A stretch of DNA of 63,973 nucleotides, the filler included, from Stramenopiles sp. TOSAG23-6 (Eukaryota): NCBI GenBank assembly GCA_900128565.1. It is 3 parts of 3 records of this genome, joined end to end, with 100 filler letters (N's around TTAATTAATTAA, not from the genome) between each part and the next. Parts side by side here need not be neighbours in the genome. Positions count along the whole stretch, not along the records: positions 23,141 to 45,882 come from LT636011.1; positions 45,983 to 63,973 come from LT636069.1; 1 more part is not named here. One strand, written 5' to 3'. Position 1 is the stretch's first letter. Each line of letters begins with the position of its first letter. Below the pieces are notes generated by a model. It searched no databases, was not told where the DNA came from, and saw nothing but the letters and a program-made list of their open reading frames with translations. A program made the translations under genes and the position numbers. Of this stretch, positions 43,101 through 53,800 are shown piece by piece.

Positions 43101-45882
43101 TTCCTGGGCAAGTGGTAGCAACAAATGATCCAGCAGCACANAACTCATTTCCNGTACAAGCTGTAATTGTCGTTGGTGTTGGGCATACTGAATCTGAAGG
43201 ACATATACTTGCTGCGTACGAACCTTCGCCACAATACGATGCAAGTCCATCAGAACGTTCTTTGCAATTAGTTATTGTCTTTGAGTCTNCACAAAATGAT
43301 CCTGCTGGACACTTAGGAGGACTTGTTCTTGGATCATCTCCAGTATTAATCGTAGGATATGTTCCAGTACCTGATGGACAGTAGTACGATACGCTGTATA
43401 GGATAGTATTGTCTTTCACATCTACTTGAGTATGAGGTGTCGACGAATCATTAAATGTGAGTGTTTTGCTATTTACCGTAGTTATGGTTCCCAAAAATTC
43501 GAATACACCTGATGAATTTTTAATATAAACATTATCGCCCCTATTATCAAAACCTTCGCCAGTAAGTTTGGTTGTCGCGTCAATGCCCTTCACTGTAATA
43601 GATTTCGAACCAGCACGAAATTTTCCATCGGATAATGATGACGCATCTACAATTATTCCTGTATTACCATTTACCACTGGAAAAGTTTTATCTTTGATTT
43701 CATCCCCCATAGGATTATCACANCTGTATTTGAACTTTCCTTCTTCACAGTAATACCCATCGGGGCACCTCGTAGGATTTTTACTATTAAGCGGGCATAA
43801 CCATGCCGTGACTGAATTTTGTAATCCTGCATCAGGCATATTCGTGTCCCAAACACATGATTTTTTCAAAGTCGAATTAGTACAGTAATATCCTAGAGGA
43901 CACTTGTTTTTTTCAAAGGATCCATCTGGACAGTATGTTCCATCATTGGGACATGTAACCTTTGTAGTTGCTCCTTTTTCACAATAATTACCTGCTGGAC
44001 AATATGCAACATTCGNTGATATTGTACCTANAGGACAGTAATAAGCTTTANTTAATTTGTCTGTGATNGGGGGATNCATTGATGNATCACCTGTAGCAGT
44101 TACCTTNATTGCCTCNGGTTTCCCGTCCTGAGGTGTATAATTGATAATATCCCCAACTTTGTACCCCTTGCCTCTATCAGTTGGACATAATGTGAATGAA
44201 ATAATCCCATCGTTATTAATTACAGCATCAACTTTTGCCCCAGTACCATNTCCCGTTGAAGTTGTTGGCAATCTCGATAATGTTCCCTTTTGATATGTAT
44301 TTTGCTTTCCGTCTGTTTGTAAAGTAATTTCAGCNANGTTAGTATCAATTTCNGAACAAGAGTATTTGAACTTCCCANATACACAATAATACCCTACAGG
44401 GCATTTTACNGGATTTGTTGTNTTTTCAGGACAAAACCATGCNGTACTAGAATTTTCCAGAGCCGATATAGGATTNCTCTCATAAACACAAGANTTCTGT
44501 TGAGTTGAATTTGTACAATAATGTCCAAGCTCACAGTCAAGAGATGCAAATGACCCTTCTGGGCAATATAAACCAGNGATGTCNCATGCATTTGTTGTAG
44601 CTGCTCCTTTTGGGCAATATTGGCCNATTGCACACACCGTTGGCATCTTACTTCCTCTGGGGCAANAATAGGCCTTTGTNACNTTATNAGTAACTTTATT
44701 TGTCACGTCTCCAATATCAGTTATTGTAATTATTTTAGGTTGATCGCCTCCAATCTGAGAAGAATCTAACTTGACCGTATCCGATATTTTGTAGCCACTA
44801 CCTCGGTATTCCATATTTACTTGTATATCAGTAATTTTCCCTCCTTGAACAACGACATCGAATGAGGCACCACTTCCCGTAGAATTAACCCCAGTTGAAG
44901 CAACTGCTACATATGCACCATTTTTGAAACCAGTAGAAATTTTTGCATAACTAATAAGAGCTACATTAGAGTCATCGTCTGAACATGAATATACAAATTT
45001 TCCCTCTTCACAATATTTTCCACTTGGGCACTGTAATGGACTTTTACTTCCACTTGGACAGTAAAAACCGGTACTTGAGCTACCACCAAAATTAGCAAGA
45101 ATGCTTCCCCCAGAGGTCCACAAACATGAATGTTTTTCAGTTGGATTTGGACAGAAAAATCCATGGGGACATTTTTCGGCAGTACTACTCCCCTCAGGAC
45201 AGTAATAGCCAATGGTATAATCTGAAATATGGTCGTTCGGGTCTCCGATTCGATCTATAGTTACATTTATAGTAGTTGACCCTGATATTATTANCCTGAG
45301 TTGATTACCTGATATATACCCTGAGCCTCTATTATCATCGTTTACATTTACTTTTGTTATTTTTCCAGCTGAAACAGTCACATCAAATCTAGCATCTTTG
45401 CCATTTCCAGTTAAAGTCTCAGAAACCTTATTACTATATACACCGTCACTAATACCTGGTACATCGAGATTCGCATCTGCAGCTGTACTAACATTGCCAA
45501 CCGTTGTATCGTCATCACTACTATTACTACAACTATACCTATACTGACCCTTTTCACAATAGTATCCAGCTGCGCATTTATTCATTCCTTGTTCTCCCTC
45601 TCTGCAATAATGCGCATAGTAGTTCAGCCCCCCAGAAACTACGGAACCAGAGGGATCAAATGGATGATCTGACCATGTGCCCTTCAAGTTATTTGGTATC
45701 CCCTCAGCTTCACATGAAATCTTGTTAGTTCGCGCAGGATACCAGTATCCCGAAGCATTGTTGCAGGCACTTTCCGTTGATAAATCTCCTGAAAGTTCAT
45801 GGTTTTCAGGGTTCGAGATAAAATAAAAAAATGGATCAAATAAATTTGGACCTATAGGTGGATATTTCGAGCAATATGCTTT
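40180..45882 (-). CDS. 5'-truncated large Cys-rich (CPxGxYC repeat) cell-surface protein with multi-pass TM C-terminus
   Basis: Frame appears open to the gap. Many C.xG.YCP.G repeats, GHTGQLCSNC, about 7 hydrophobic segments, FGSLF.NYK..WWFE.VEM.RK. Many N ambiguities. Confidence 0.8.
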   Translation of the reverse strand, partial: KAYCSKYPPIGPNLFDPFFYFISNPENHELSGDLSTESACNNASGYWYPARTNKISCEAEGIPNNLKGTWSDHPFDPSGSVVSGGLNYYAHYCREGEQGMNKCAAGYYCEKGQYRYSCSNSSDDDTTVGNVSTAADANLDVPGISDGVYSNKVSETLTGNGKDARFDVTVSAGKITKVNVNDDNRGSGYISGNQLRXIISGSTTINVTIDRIGDPNDHISDYTIGYYCPEGSSTAEKCPHGFFCPNPTEKHSCLWTSGGSILANFGGSSSTGFYCPSGSKSPLQCPSGKYCEEGKFVYSCSDDDSNVALISYAKISTGFKNGAYVAVASTGVNSTGSGASFDVVVQGGKITDIQVNMEYRGSGYKISDTVKLDSSQIGGDQPKIITITDIGDVTNKVTXXXTKAYXCPRGSKMPTVCAXGQYCPKGAATTNAXDIXGLYCPEGSFASLDCELGHYCTNSTQQXSCVYEXNPISALENSSXAWFCPEXTTNXVKCPVGYYCVXGKFKYSCXEIDTNXAEITLQTDGKQNTYQKGTLSRLPTTSTGXGTGAKVDAVINNDGIISFTLCPTDRGKGYKVGDIINYTPQDGKXEAXKVTATGDXSMXPXITDKLXKAYYCPXGTISXNVAYCPAGNYCEKGATTKVTCPNDGTYCPDGSFEKNKCPLGYYCTNSTLKKSCVWDTNMPDAGLQNSVTAWLCPLNSKNPTRCPDGYYCEEGKFKYXCDNPMGDEIKDKTFPVVNGNTGIIVDASSLSDGKFRAGSKSITVKGIDATTKLTGEGFDNRGDNVYIKNSSGVFEFLGTITTVNSKTLTFNDSSTPHTQVDVKDNTILYSVSYYCPSGTGTYPTINTGDDPRTSPPKCPAGSFCXDSKTITNCKERSDGLASYCGEGSYAASICPSDSVCPTPTTITACXGNEXCAAGSFVATTCPGSLALADNSHSRCECPASYFGHLVQPSADDTATNTANXSSCEDSSSTANNTTATNSDDLVYLEKNLLAKYSVSHQINSTSKXRVELLSDMETFAIQCVKCPAGTKCTCDDAIETVTSCSNTTAKNHCTNGLALFTEDVTREVELKPGFWQEREFFLENPSAFAPFDCEFYVTPKYLAKDICLGGVDRPFPSLSGRNCREGHTGQLCSNCCSQKKYELCLVRCTSDDKEENCEYKCTEKWRVGCPPLSEWIPGDATFCIDCTTTQGSGSGQVTLSLIMAALTYILLVVTMVSKADPKIYNDERAKKXRAVKKRLQKVAKLNXAMGAAMLFGKPXIGAAKVTPQGKLGLKDLQANQKRLAIXKKHSSFNQRITELTSNXGGHKKAIRSLXKQMSKAHRALTHEEKMKRKNRRRLHGKQKKGGKLKTIKEEXKAQDIAEMQATLKLIISFXQVTSQLKHTSGEPQPKKFEEFTESLSXINLDYTKLFTILNPCEFSSDFSDKFYGHMTLLPILIAMVILALVTAMLLKGLCGKKXKFSRQSAQMNASRLMSTILFVMYPGLSVKCFRALSCFQVNDRRYLYADISIECAGSDYEMMQTVAILCICAYVIGIPVIGFFLLYRVRHWLVAEEDMDDGMYNXLLHSDEMRATHRRYTDXFGSLFLNYKHYVWWFEFVEMFRKASMTGLLTIFPVGIKRNAAAVAIXAXFVIXCAXINPFKRXGDYSLQXXLLXLTFFTFYLNILISGGLIESXSXDLGXVLLXAHLIGFAYGGIVLFFMIPPIKARVREFLKPSNKHHDELLDFQLHXKALAVMPAAFSMGSHPKTNKKVFPMNETSKSAVDXDAKALKRKQREELKKKRQQTENAFASDALKDHASREQAMEQAQATHXTDTLHNXAXGEFQAHEENTRNAKDEAQAKSHRRRKRRKKRDNTTENEISLPDLPPTSGVNQIDEVNAIEDTIDDSSSSSDNEEFAAGEWL

Positions 45883-45982
45883 NNNNNNNNNNNNNNNNNN
45901 NNNNNNNNNNNNNNNNNNNNNNNNNNTTAATTAATTAANNNNNNNNNNNNNNNNNNNNNNNNNNNNNNNNNNNNNNNNNNNN
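45883..45982. other. Assembly gap with TTAATTAATTAA linker
   Basis: N-run with central TTAATTAATTAA. Confidence 0.97.
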
Positions 45983-46038
45983 AATTTTGTACCTAACAAA
46001 TTTAAGTTTTTTTTTTGAAATATTTTTCCAAAATACAT
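45983..46038 (+). other. Non-canonical intron copy 13 (3' part, ..CAT, phase 1)
   Basis: AATTTTGTACCTAAC..GAAATATTTTTCCAAAATACAT|TA CTT GGT GGA directly after the gap. Confidence 0.85.
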
Positions 46039-46736
46039 TACTTGGTGGAATAGTCACTACGAGACAGAATCGTCTAGATGAACTCGTTCCTCTTCGGTAC
46101 GAATATGTATATACACTAAAAGAAGATTTTCCTCATTTGGATATTGAACTTAATGGTGGTGTCAAAACTATGAATGATATAAAAAAGCATATAAATAATG
46201 GAGTAGATGGTGTAATGATGGGTCGACTTGCACGTGATGATCCGTTCTTCTTTTCAAAAGTGGACTCTGATTTTTTTGGATTAGAAGATAAATTTGCTAA
46301 TGTAACACCATTAGAATCTCGGTATTTAGTTTTAGAAGAATACGCAAAATATGCATCTCAAGAACAATTAGAAAGAGGGAAATTTACGTCTCGTGAAATG
46401 CTTTTAAAACCTTTGAATCAACTTTTTGAAGGTTTACCGGTTGAAAAGAAAATATTTGCATCTTTTCTTCGAACTCCTGAAAAAAATAAAAGACCAGAAT
46501 TATTTGGCGATGAGATTCTAGCTGCTGTAGAAGCAATGAGAAATACAAAGTGTTCTTCCAGCTCTTCTACTATAGAAGCAATGAGAAATACACAGTTTTC
46601 TTCTACCTCTCCGACACCCCTACTGAGATATACACCAAAGAAAAAGGTACAGTGTTATCATTCAAAGAATTCAAATAATCCAAATAATTCAAAGACAACT
46701 TATAAAAAATATCGAAAGAAATTCTATAGAAAATAG
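46039..46736 (+). CDS. dusA: tRNA-dihydrouridine synthase, DusA-type, last exon (5' part lost in gap)
   Basis: NR...VPLRYEYVYTLKEDFPHLDIELNGGV, VDGVMMGRLARDDP, LLKPL..LF.G match the DusA C-terminal half. Confidence 0.8.
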
Positions 46737-46761
46737 TTTAAAAAAAAAATTTAGTAAATTA

Positions 46762-47466
46762 TTAGTTATAAAAATTAGTATGAAATTCTGGAATTGTTAT
46801 ATGAAACGAATTCACTTCTTCGTGATTCAAATCCTCTTTTCCTTGTGATATATAAGGCAGTACAAGTTGACATCCTAAACGAGATGTCGGACAAACACCA
46901 TCGGCCAAATCTAACATATCCAATTCTGCTTCTGATGGTGGAGACAAATGCTTGAAGGAATCTTCATCAACGATAACATGGCATGTTGAACAAGCCATTA
47001 AACCACTACAAGCACATTCTAAAAAATTTGATAATTCTTCTCCATCTGAAGATTCTATGATATCAAATAAAGTATCACCTTCAAAAGCTTTCATACTGAA
47101 ACTCGAACGCTCGTGTGGAACAGAAACATGAAGTGTCACTTGTTGTTTATTTTTATGCTTTTCTCTCCGCAAATTCATTTCATGTTTTACAGAAGTGGAC
47201 AAAGCTTGTAACCCACTTTTTCCCATAGCCTTAAGTGAAGCTACTGAAGCACCACCAGTTCCCGGTCGGTCAAAGACATCAACCATTGCGGTCGCAACGT
47301 CCTCATCATAGTCACTTCCAAGTGCCAAGAGGTATTCTATCGCTTCACGACGTTTTCGATCTTTTGGGCTATCAGTTTTGTCACTGATAAAGCGCAAACC
47401 TCGTTGGTACAAGTGTGGTAAATGCCAAGAATACGGTCGGATGGTGAGTCTATTCAATGCAATCAT
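46762..47466 (-). CDS. Mitochondrial-type 2Fe-2S ferredoxin (adrenodoxin family) with long N-terminal extension
   Basis: ECACSGLMACSTCHV..E.DMLDLA....TSRLGCQ; Arg-rich presequence-like N-terminus. Confidence 0.9.
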   Translation of the reverse strand: MIALNRLTIRPYSWHLPHLYQRGLRFISDKTDSPKDRKRREAIEYLLALGSDYDEDVATAMVDVFDRPGTGGASVASLKAMGKSGLQALSTSVKHEMNLRREKHKNKQQVTLHVSVPHERSSFSMKAFEGDTLFDIIESSDGEELSNFLECACSGLMACSTCHVIVDEDSFKHLSPPSEAELDMLDLADGVCPTSRLGCQLVLPYISQGKEDLNHEEVNSFHITIPEFHTNFYN

Positions 47467-47849
47467 TACAGTGACATGTTTACTGTGATATCAAGATCAA
47501 TGATCATCTCTCTTCAACAAATCTTAGAAATCTCTAGAAATTTATCACATTGCCGATTTCAGAGAGTTTTGACCTGCTCCCATGGCACAAACATGTTTCT
47601 CCTTCAGGGTGAAAAAAAAAAAAATGTGAAGCGCGTTACTTTTGAGAACGTTACATCTGAAAAGAATCTAAACTCCATCATCTTGTAGTCTCAGCGCTTA
47701 CGATTCAACTTTAAGTTTTGTAATTGTCTCAATTTCATTTTTGTGATTGTATAGAGTTACTGATTTAAACGTGTTGAGTATAGCAAGTAACCATACGGTA
47801 CCGAATAATAGTTTACATAGTACGAAATAAGGGTCGCCTTGTGTAAAAG

Positions 47850-50800
47850 ATGTCTTTTTCCCACCGTCCATCCCACCGTTCTAACCAAGTATCTGATAGA
47901 AAACTACGTACGTCTGGGTTAAAGGAAATGATGGAAGGACTACGGCCCACTAATCATGTCCCGGAAATTGTGGAATTCCTTCATATTGGTGATTATTCTG
48001 ATTCGAAAAAGTCGTCAGTTCTTATTAATAAGCCACTTTTTCGCCCTGAGCCATCTCAGATTGTATTTGAGCAGTACGAGCCATTTCAAACATATCAAAG
48101 TATTTTATACATGAGAAACAACGATAATGTCCCAAGAAGAATAAAGATATCGTTTCCAGATTCACCATTCTTTCAGGTATCAGCACCGCGTCCAGCTCAA
48201 AAGGGACAAAAACTTGACAAAGGTGGAAAAGTCGCAGCAGGAATGGAACTTTGCTTTACAATAACTTTCAAACCTCAGTCAAAGGTAGCATATACTTATG
48301 ATCTAATATGTGTCACGGAGAGAGAAAAATTTATAGTTCCAATCATTTGCGTAGGAACTCGTCCTTGTCTTGATTTTCCTGATGAGTTTCGCTTTGATAT
48401 TGGTCCTGTAAAGTTTGCTCAAACAAAATCTTTTGTCGCACGAAATGTTGGTCAATTAGCGGACCGTTTTAAACTTCAAACTTCACCTCCATTTTCTGTG
48501 CATTGTGACAGCACACACGTTAATGTAGGTGAAAGTGTACAAGTGAGTGTTACATTTACACCCCCAGACGCATCGGACTACGAAGAAGAATTGATGATTA
48601 CCTATGAAAGTAATCCTGACGTTAAGATCTATATGAAACTAGTAGGAGGCGCAAATAGCGTCGACGTGAGTGTTGACAAAAATGTCGTGGATTTAGGATC
48701 TCAGTATATTTCTTTACAAGCGCATAGTACACTTCGCATTCAGAATAGAACAGATGTACCAGTAAAATTTGAATGGAAATCATTTGGTAATCATCGCGAT
48801 GAAGTTGAAGAACGTCGTCGATTAGAAGCAGAGATCAGTGCAATGGAAGATATCGAATATCAAGCTTTAAATAATCGAGTATTTGATGCGGATGATGACA
48901 GTGATGCTTTGAGTGATGATGAAGGTGTGCCTATTGCAAAGCGTCGTGAAATCTCAGCATTAACACGGAAATACAAAAACTTGAGAAAGCAATTGGCTGA
49001 TGATCCCTTGCTCTTTGCCAACGATAACTTCTCCATCGAGCCCATGACTTCGGAAATATGGGCAAACTCAGATTTAGAAGTCACTATAAATTTTCTGCCT
49101 TCAAATGCAGCATCATATCAAACTGTGGCATTTCTAGATATAACGGGTAGAGATAATCGTTTGCCTGTAAAATTGTGTGGTGTTGGTATTGGACCCAAAG
49201 CAGCTTTCTCATTTGATGTTTTGGATGTCGGTGATATTTTTCTAGGATCAGTACATAATTATCAATTGGAGCTCATAAATCGGGGAGACATTGCTGCATC
49301 ATGGTCCCTACAAGTCCCAGATTCTCCTTTTGATCAAAACTTTTCGTTTGAACCAAAACGTGGCGAATTAGCTACAGGAGAAACCGCAGAAATTAACGTG
49401 ACTTTTAGTTCGAATATCTTGGGTGAGTTTTCTGAACACTATATCTTTGCTCTCCAAGGCTCACAGCAAACGCTTTCGGTACACTTCAAAGGTCATGTCG
49501 TTGGTCCAACGTTTCATTTTGATACAGATTCTATCAAATTTGGTCGTATAAGTTATGAATTCTTAAATTCGAAAGTATTATCATTATTCAATACTTCTGA
49601 AATTCCAATGACATTTAATCTAAGGGTGCCTCAGGATGGAAAAAATCTTGATAAAGAATTTGATATTCTACCAAGCTCAGGTACAATACAGCCAGGCGAC
49701 CGTAAAAAGATACAAATCGATTTTATATCAAATACTGTCAAAGTTTATAATTATTTCCTTACAGTTGATGTCGAGGGTGTTGGAGATGCTCTCCTATCTT
49801 TGCCGATAACAGCTTCATGTGGAGTTCCAAATGTTATTCTTGAAAAGGAAGAAATTCCCTATGGGACTTCTTATCTGCGATATAAATACGAAAAGTCAAT
49901 CACGTTGACAAATAAGTCAAAAGATCTCAGAGCGAGGTATGAAGTATTGCCACAAGATAAACACTCAGTTGCTATTGCGAAATACTTTGCAATGCATAAT
50001 AAAGGAGTGATAGAAGCTGGTGAAACACTTGAAGTTCCACTTTATTTGGTATGCCAAAAACTTGGCAAGATAAAAATGCCAATTTATATTCGAATTTCTG
50101 GTTCGGAAAATCCTCCTCTTGTTCCAATGGTATTTGCTCTTGGTGTTGGTCCAATTATTACTTCGAACATTTCAGAAATGAAGTGGGGAAATGTACCATG
50201 CTTGAAAGATGCAGAAAAGACACTGGTGCTAAGAAACACGTGTCCAATTGTTGCCCCATTTCAAGCTTACATTGAAAATGCACGGTCTAAATTTCGGGTA
50301 AATGTAGGCAAAGGTCAATTGCAGCCCGGGCAAAACGTGAAACTTACTGTTACCGCATTACTCGACGATATTGTGAATACAAGTGATGAGCTTATTATTG
50401 CGGTTTCAGAGGGAGATGCATTAACTATACCACTTTTAGCAAGAGGTGTAGGTACAACAATGCACTGTGATGAAGCTCTTGAAGTAGTTGACTTTAGTCA
50501 TCAATTTACAAACAATGAATGTAAGCGAAGATTTCTTCTTGAAAATAAAGGCCGGCGTCCACAAATGTTAACATGGGTTAATTTAACACATAAAGAACGT
50601 ATTGTTGAAATGAGGCGGATACAAGCTGAAAATAAACGATCCGATGGAAAAGGCAAGAAGAAATCGAAAACAAACAAAAAGCAAATTGATATAAACTCTA
50701 TTGTGCCCTGTTTTACAATATCTCCAGATCAAATTGAATTGAAACCTCGAACAGCTTGTTATTTTACGTTTATTGGTAAGAGTTTAGAAGCTGGTCCCGT

Positions 50801-53800
50801 AGAGGAAATGCTAAGACTAGAATCTAAAGTTGGTAAAGATCAAACAATTCACAAAGTGTTTAACACTTGTTTTAAGGCAAATTTTATTGACCCTCTATTG
50901 GAAATGGTAGAAAACCTAGACTTTAGTTACACTTTCTCTCCCAGTGTTCCGTTAAGTACACAAAGTAAGGCTATTACACTCAAAAATGTTTCTTCACTGG
51001 AACTAAAGTTTGTACTGAGAACACAACCTCCTTTCAAAGTTGATGTCTATGAAGTAGAACTAGAACCTGGAAGTAGCACCACTGTGAATGTCGAATTTAA
51101 TCCAGGATATAAAAGTGATCGTTTAAGCCGAAAAGTTGAAGGTAAAATCACTGTTGTTTATAGAGACCACCCTCAAAAAGATAGCATTGCTGTTAATGGA
51201 GAGATCAACTTCCCCAATCTTGATTTTGACTTTTCTCAGATTAATTTTGGGTGCATTTTAAATGATACCACCAAATCAATGACGATGACAATCTCGAATA
51301 ATTCAAAAATTGATACAACTTATTCATGGGCATTTTTTGAAAATGAATCTGACTGTCGTGCAGTATCAACATCAAGAAAACCATATATTCCGATAAATCA
51401 GGTTTTTGATATTCTCCCTATAAGATCCTTTTTAAAACCTGGGCAAAGTGAAAAGATTGAATTCGTCATGTATGGGCACACAAATCGGTCATTCAAAGGC
51501 AAATGTGTCTGTGAAGTTGAAGGTGGTCCAGATTATGATATGGATCTCATCGGTGAAGCATCGAGTGTTAGTTATAAAGTTGATAAACTTGAACTTGATT
51601 TCGGTGATTTACTTCATAACAGAGCTGAGGAATTGGAATTCAATATAAGTAATACTGGGAAAGTTCCATTCAGTTTTCGCGTTTCGACAGATTTGATCAG
51701 TAGACCTGGTATCGTGGAGGTTATTCCAACTTCAGGTCGAATATTTGGGAAAGATAAAGCAAAGGTTGTAGTTCGATTCTGTCCCGTGCTACCAGAGACC
51801 ATTGACGAAAAACTTGTACTAGAGGTCGCTCACTTTGAACCAGTTGAGATTCCTGTGCGTGGTATCGGTGTGTATTCTTCAGTGTCATTATCGCTTCCAC
51901 AGACGATTACAGAAGAATGGACAGATTTAATGGAGAGTGCGCGTGAATATCTTTTAGCTGCAGAAGAATCCCTTTCAGAAAATAGTGAAAACTTATCAGA
52001 AACGAAGAGATACAAAAATGAGAATGTGGACACTAAAGTACCGATTGTATCTACAAAACCAGAAGAGGAAAGCACAGACCAAAAGAATGGCGACGGGCCA
52101 ACTGATGAAACTACGAAACCAGAAGATACTGTAGTAGCGGAAACATCTGAAGCGACGGAAATAGATACAAAAAACAAAACTGAGACTGACGAAATTCAAC
52201 TAGATACAAAAGAAACTGAAATAGTTGAATCAAATGAGGGGGGCGTAAAAAAAGATAACAAGGGAAATACAACTGATAATTTAGACACAGATGTTGCAAA
52301 GAGTGATGATGCCAAGACAGATAATGAAAAGACCGAAAAATCTAATGAAAATGCTGAGAAAAATGCAGATGCTGATGCGATTCCCGTCGACACACCCATG
52401 CCTTTGTCTGAAAAAAAAATGCAAAAGAATGAAAAGATAAAACCACCACAAGCATTAATGCTAGTCGATGTTGAAAGAGAAGCAAGAAGAATTCAATATT
52501 TGCAACATTTACAAGATCAGCTGGAAAAGAATTTTTCATCAATCATGACCAAGCAACAAAATGAGTCAGTAGCTAATCAATTATTTGAGGATAAAAAAGA
52601 CGACGACGATGATCAGCTGAGTGTCGTTGTCCCTCCAACACCTCCTTCTGTGGCCCCAGCATCGGTTTTAGGTATGGGTTTAATCGCGAGTAACGTCGAG
52701 CCATATGTTATTGCAGAGCATTATGCTGATTTTGGTAATGTTATCACTGGATCTTCAAGAAAAAAGACATTTCGTATCACTAACAGAGGAAAGGTTCCCG
52801 TGTCGTTTTGTATCAACAACCGAAAAGGTTCTTGTGGTTTTACTGTTGAGCCTGAAAAAGTTAATAGATTACCCGAAGGAATGTCTGTTGATTTTACTAT
52901 CAAATTTAAAGCGCGTAAAAAACTGGGACCTGTGGAAATTGAAGTACCAATTGAAGTAAAGGGGGGACCTTCTGTAATGCTTTCTCTTAGAGCTATCGTG
53001 ACCATTCCTGATTTAGTTATTCGCCCAAACGTTATCGACTTTAGGAAAGTCCTTGTTGGGCATTGCAAAGAAATTTATGTCACATTATTTAACCCAGCAC
53101 CAGTTCCAACAGAGTGGGTACTTAAAATACCTACATCGGGCCCGATGACCAAAGCTAGCTCTCGTTTCAAACTTATACCTGCATCGGGGACATTAGCACC
53201 AGGGCAAAAAGAGCAAGTAATGATAGTTTTCACTCCATCTTCAGAACAAACGTACTTATACAAGATGAGTTTTCAGTTAAATTCGAACAAAAAAAGGAAA
53301 ACATTGACGTGTAAGGGTATTGGGAAAGAGTTTAAATTTAAATTTTTCCCACGAATGCTAAAAATGGAGCCAATGAAACCATTTGAGCCTCCCCGAGACA
53401 CAATAGTCACTGCTCGTAATGATTGTGATTATCCTGTTGAGTTTTATTCTCTTGATTTTGACACACAATATAAAGATGAAGAAAATATGTTGATCTCGAA
53501 GGGAGAATTTGACGAACATGGCACATTATTTATTGAACCAAGACAACCCGGGAAGCAATTAGAACTCGAAAATGTGATAAATATTTATGATGATGCCGAT
53601 GATACTGAAAGTAAATTACCAAGTAAACCTTTTGATAGATCGTCTGCAGCAAATATTTTGATTGTAGGTGCCCCTTGTAGTGGGAAAACTTCTTTGGCTA
53701 AGCATCTTTCAGAAAAACACGGATTGACATATATGTCACTTTCTAACTTACTTGAGACTGCACGAAATACCCAGACATCATCATGGCAATTTATAAAAGC

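Noticed and set aside
46039-46736. Bacterial contamination suggested by DusA and UvrD-like genes
   Set aside because: Both carry the family introns and sit among clearly eukaryotic genes; eukaryotic members of these families are known.
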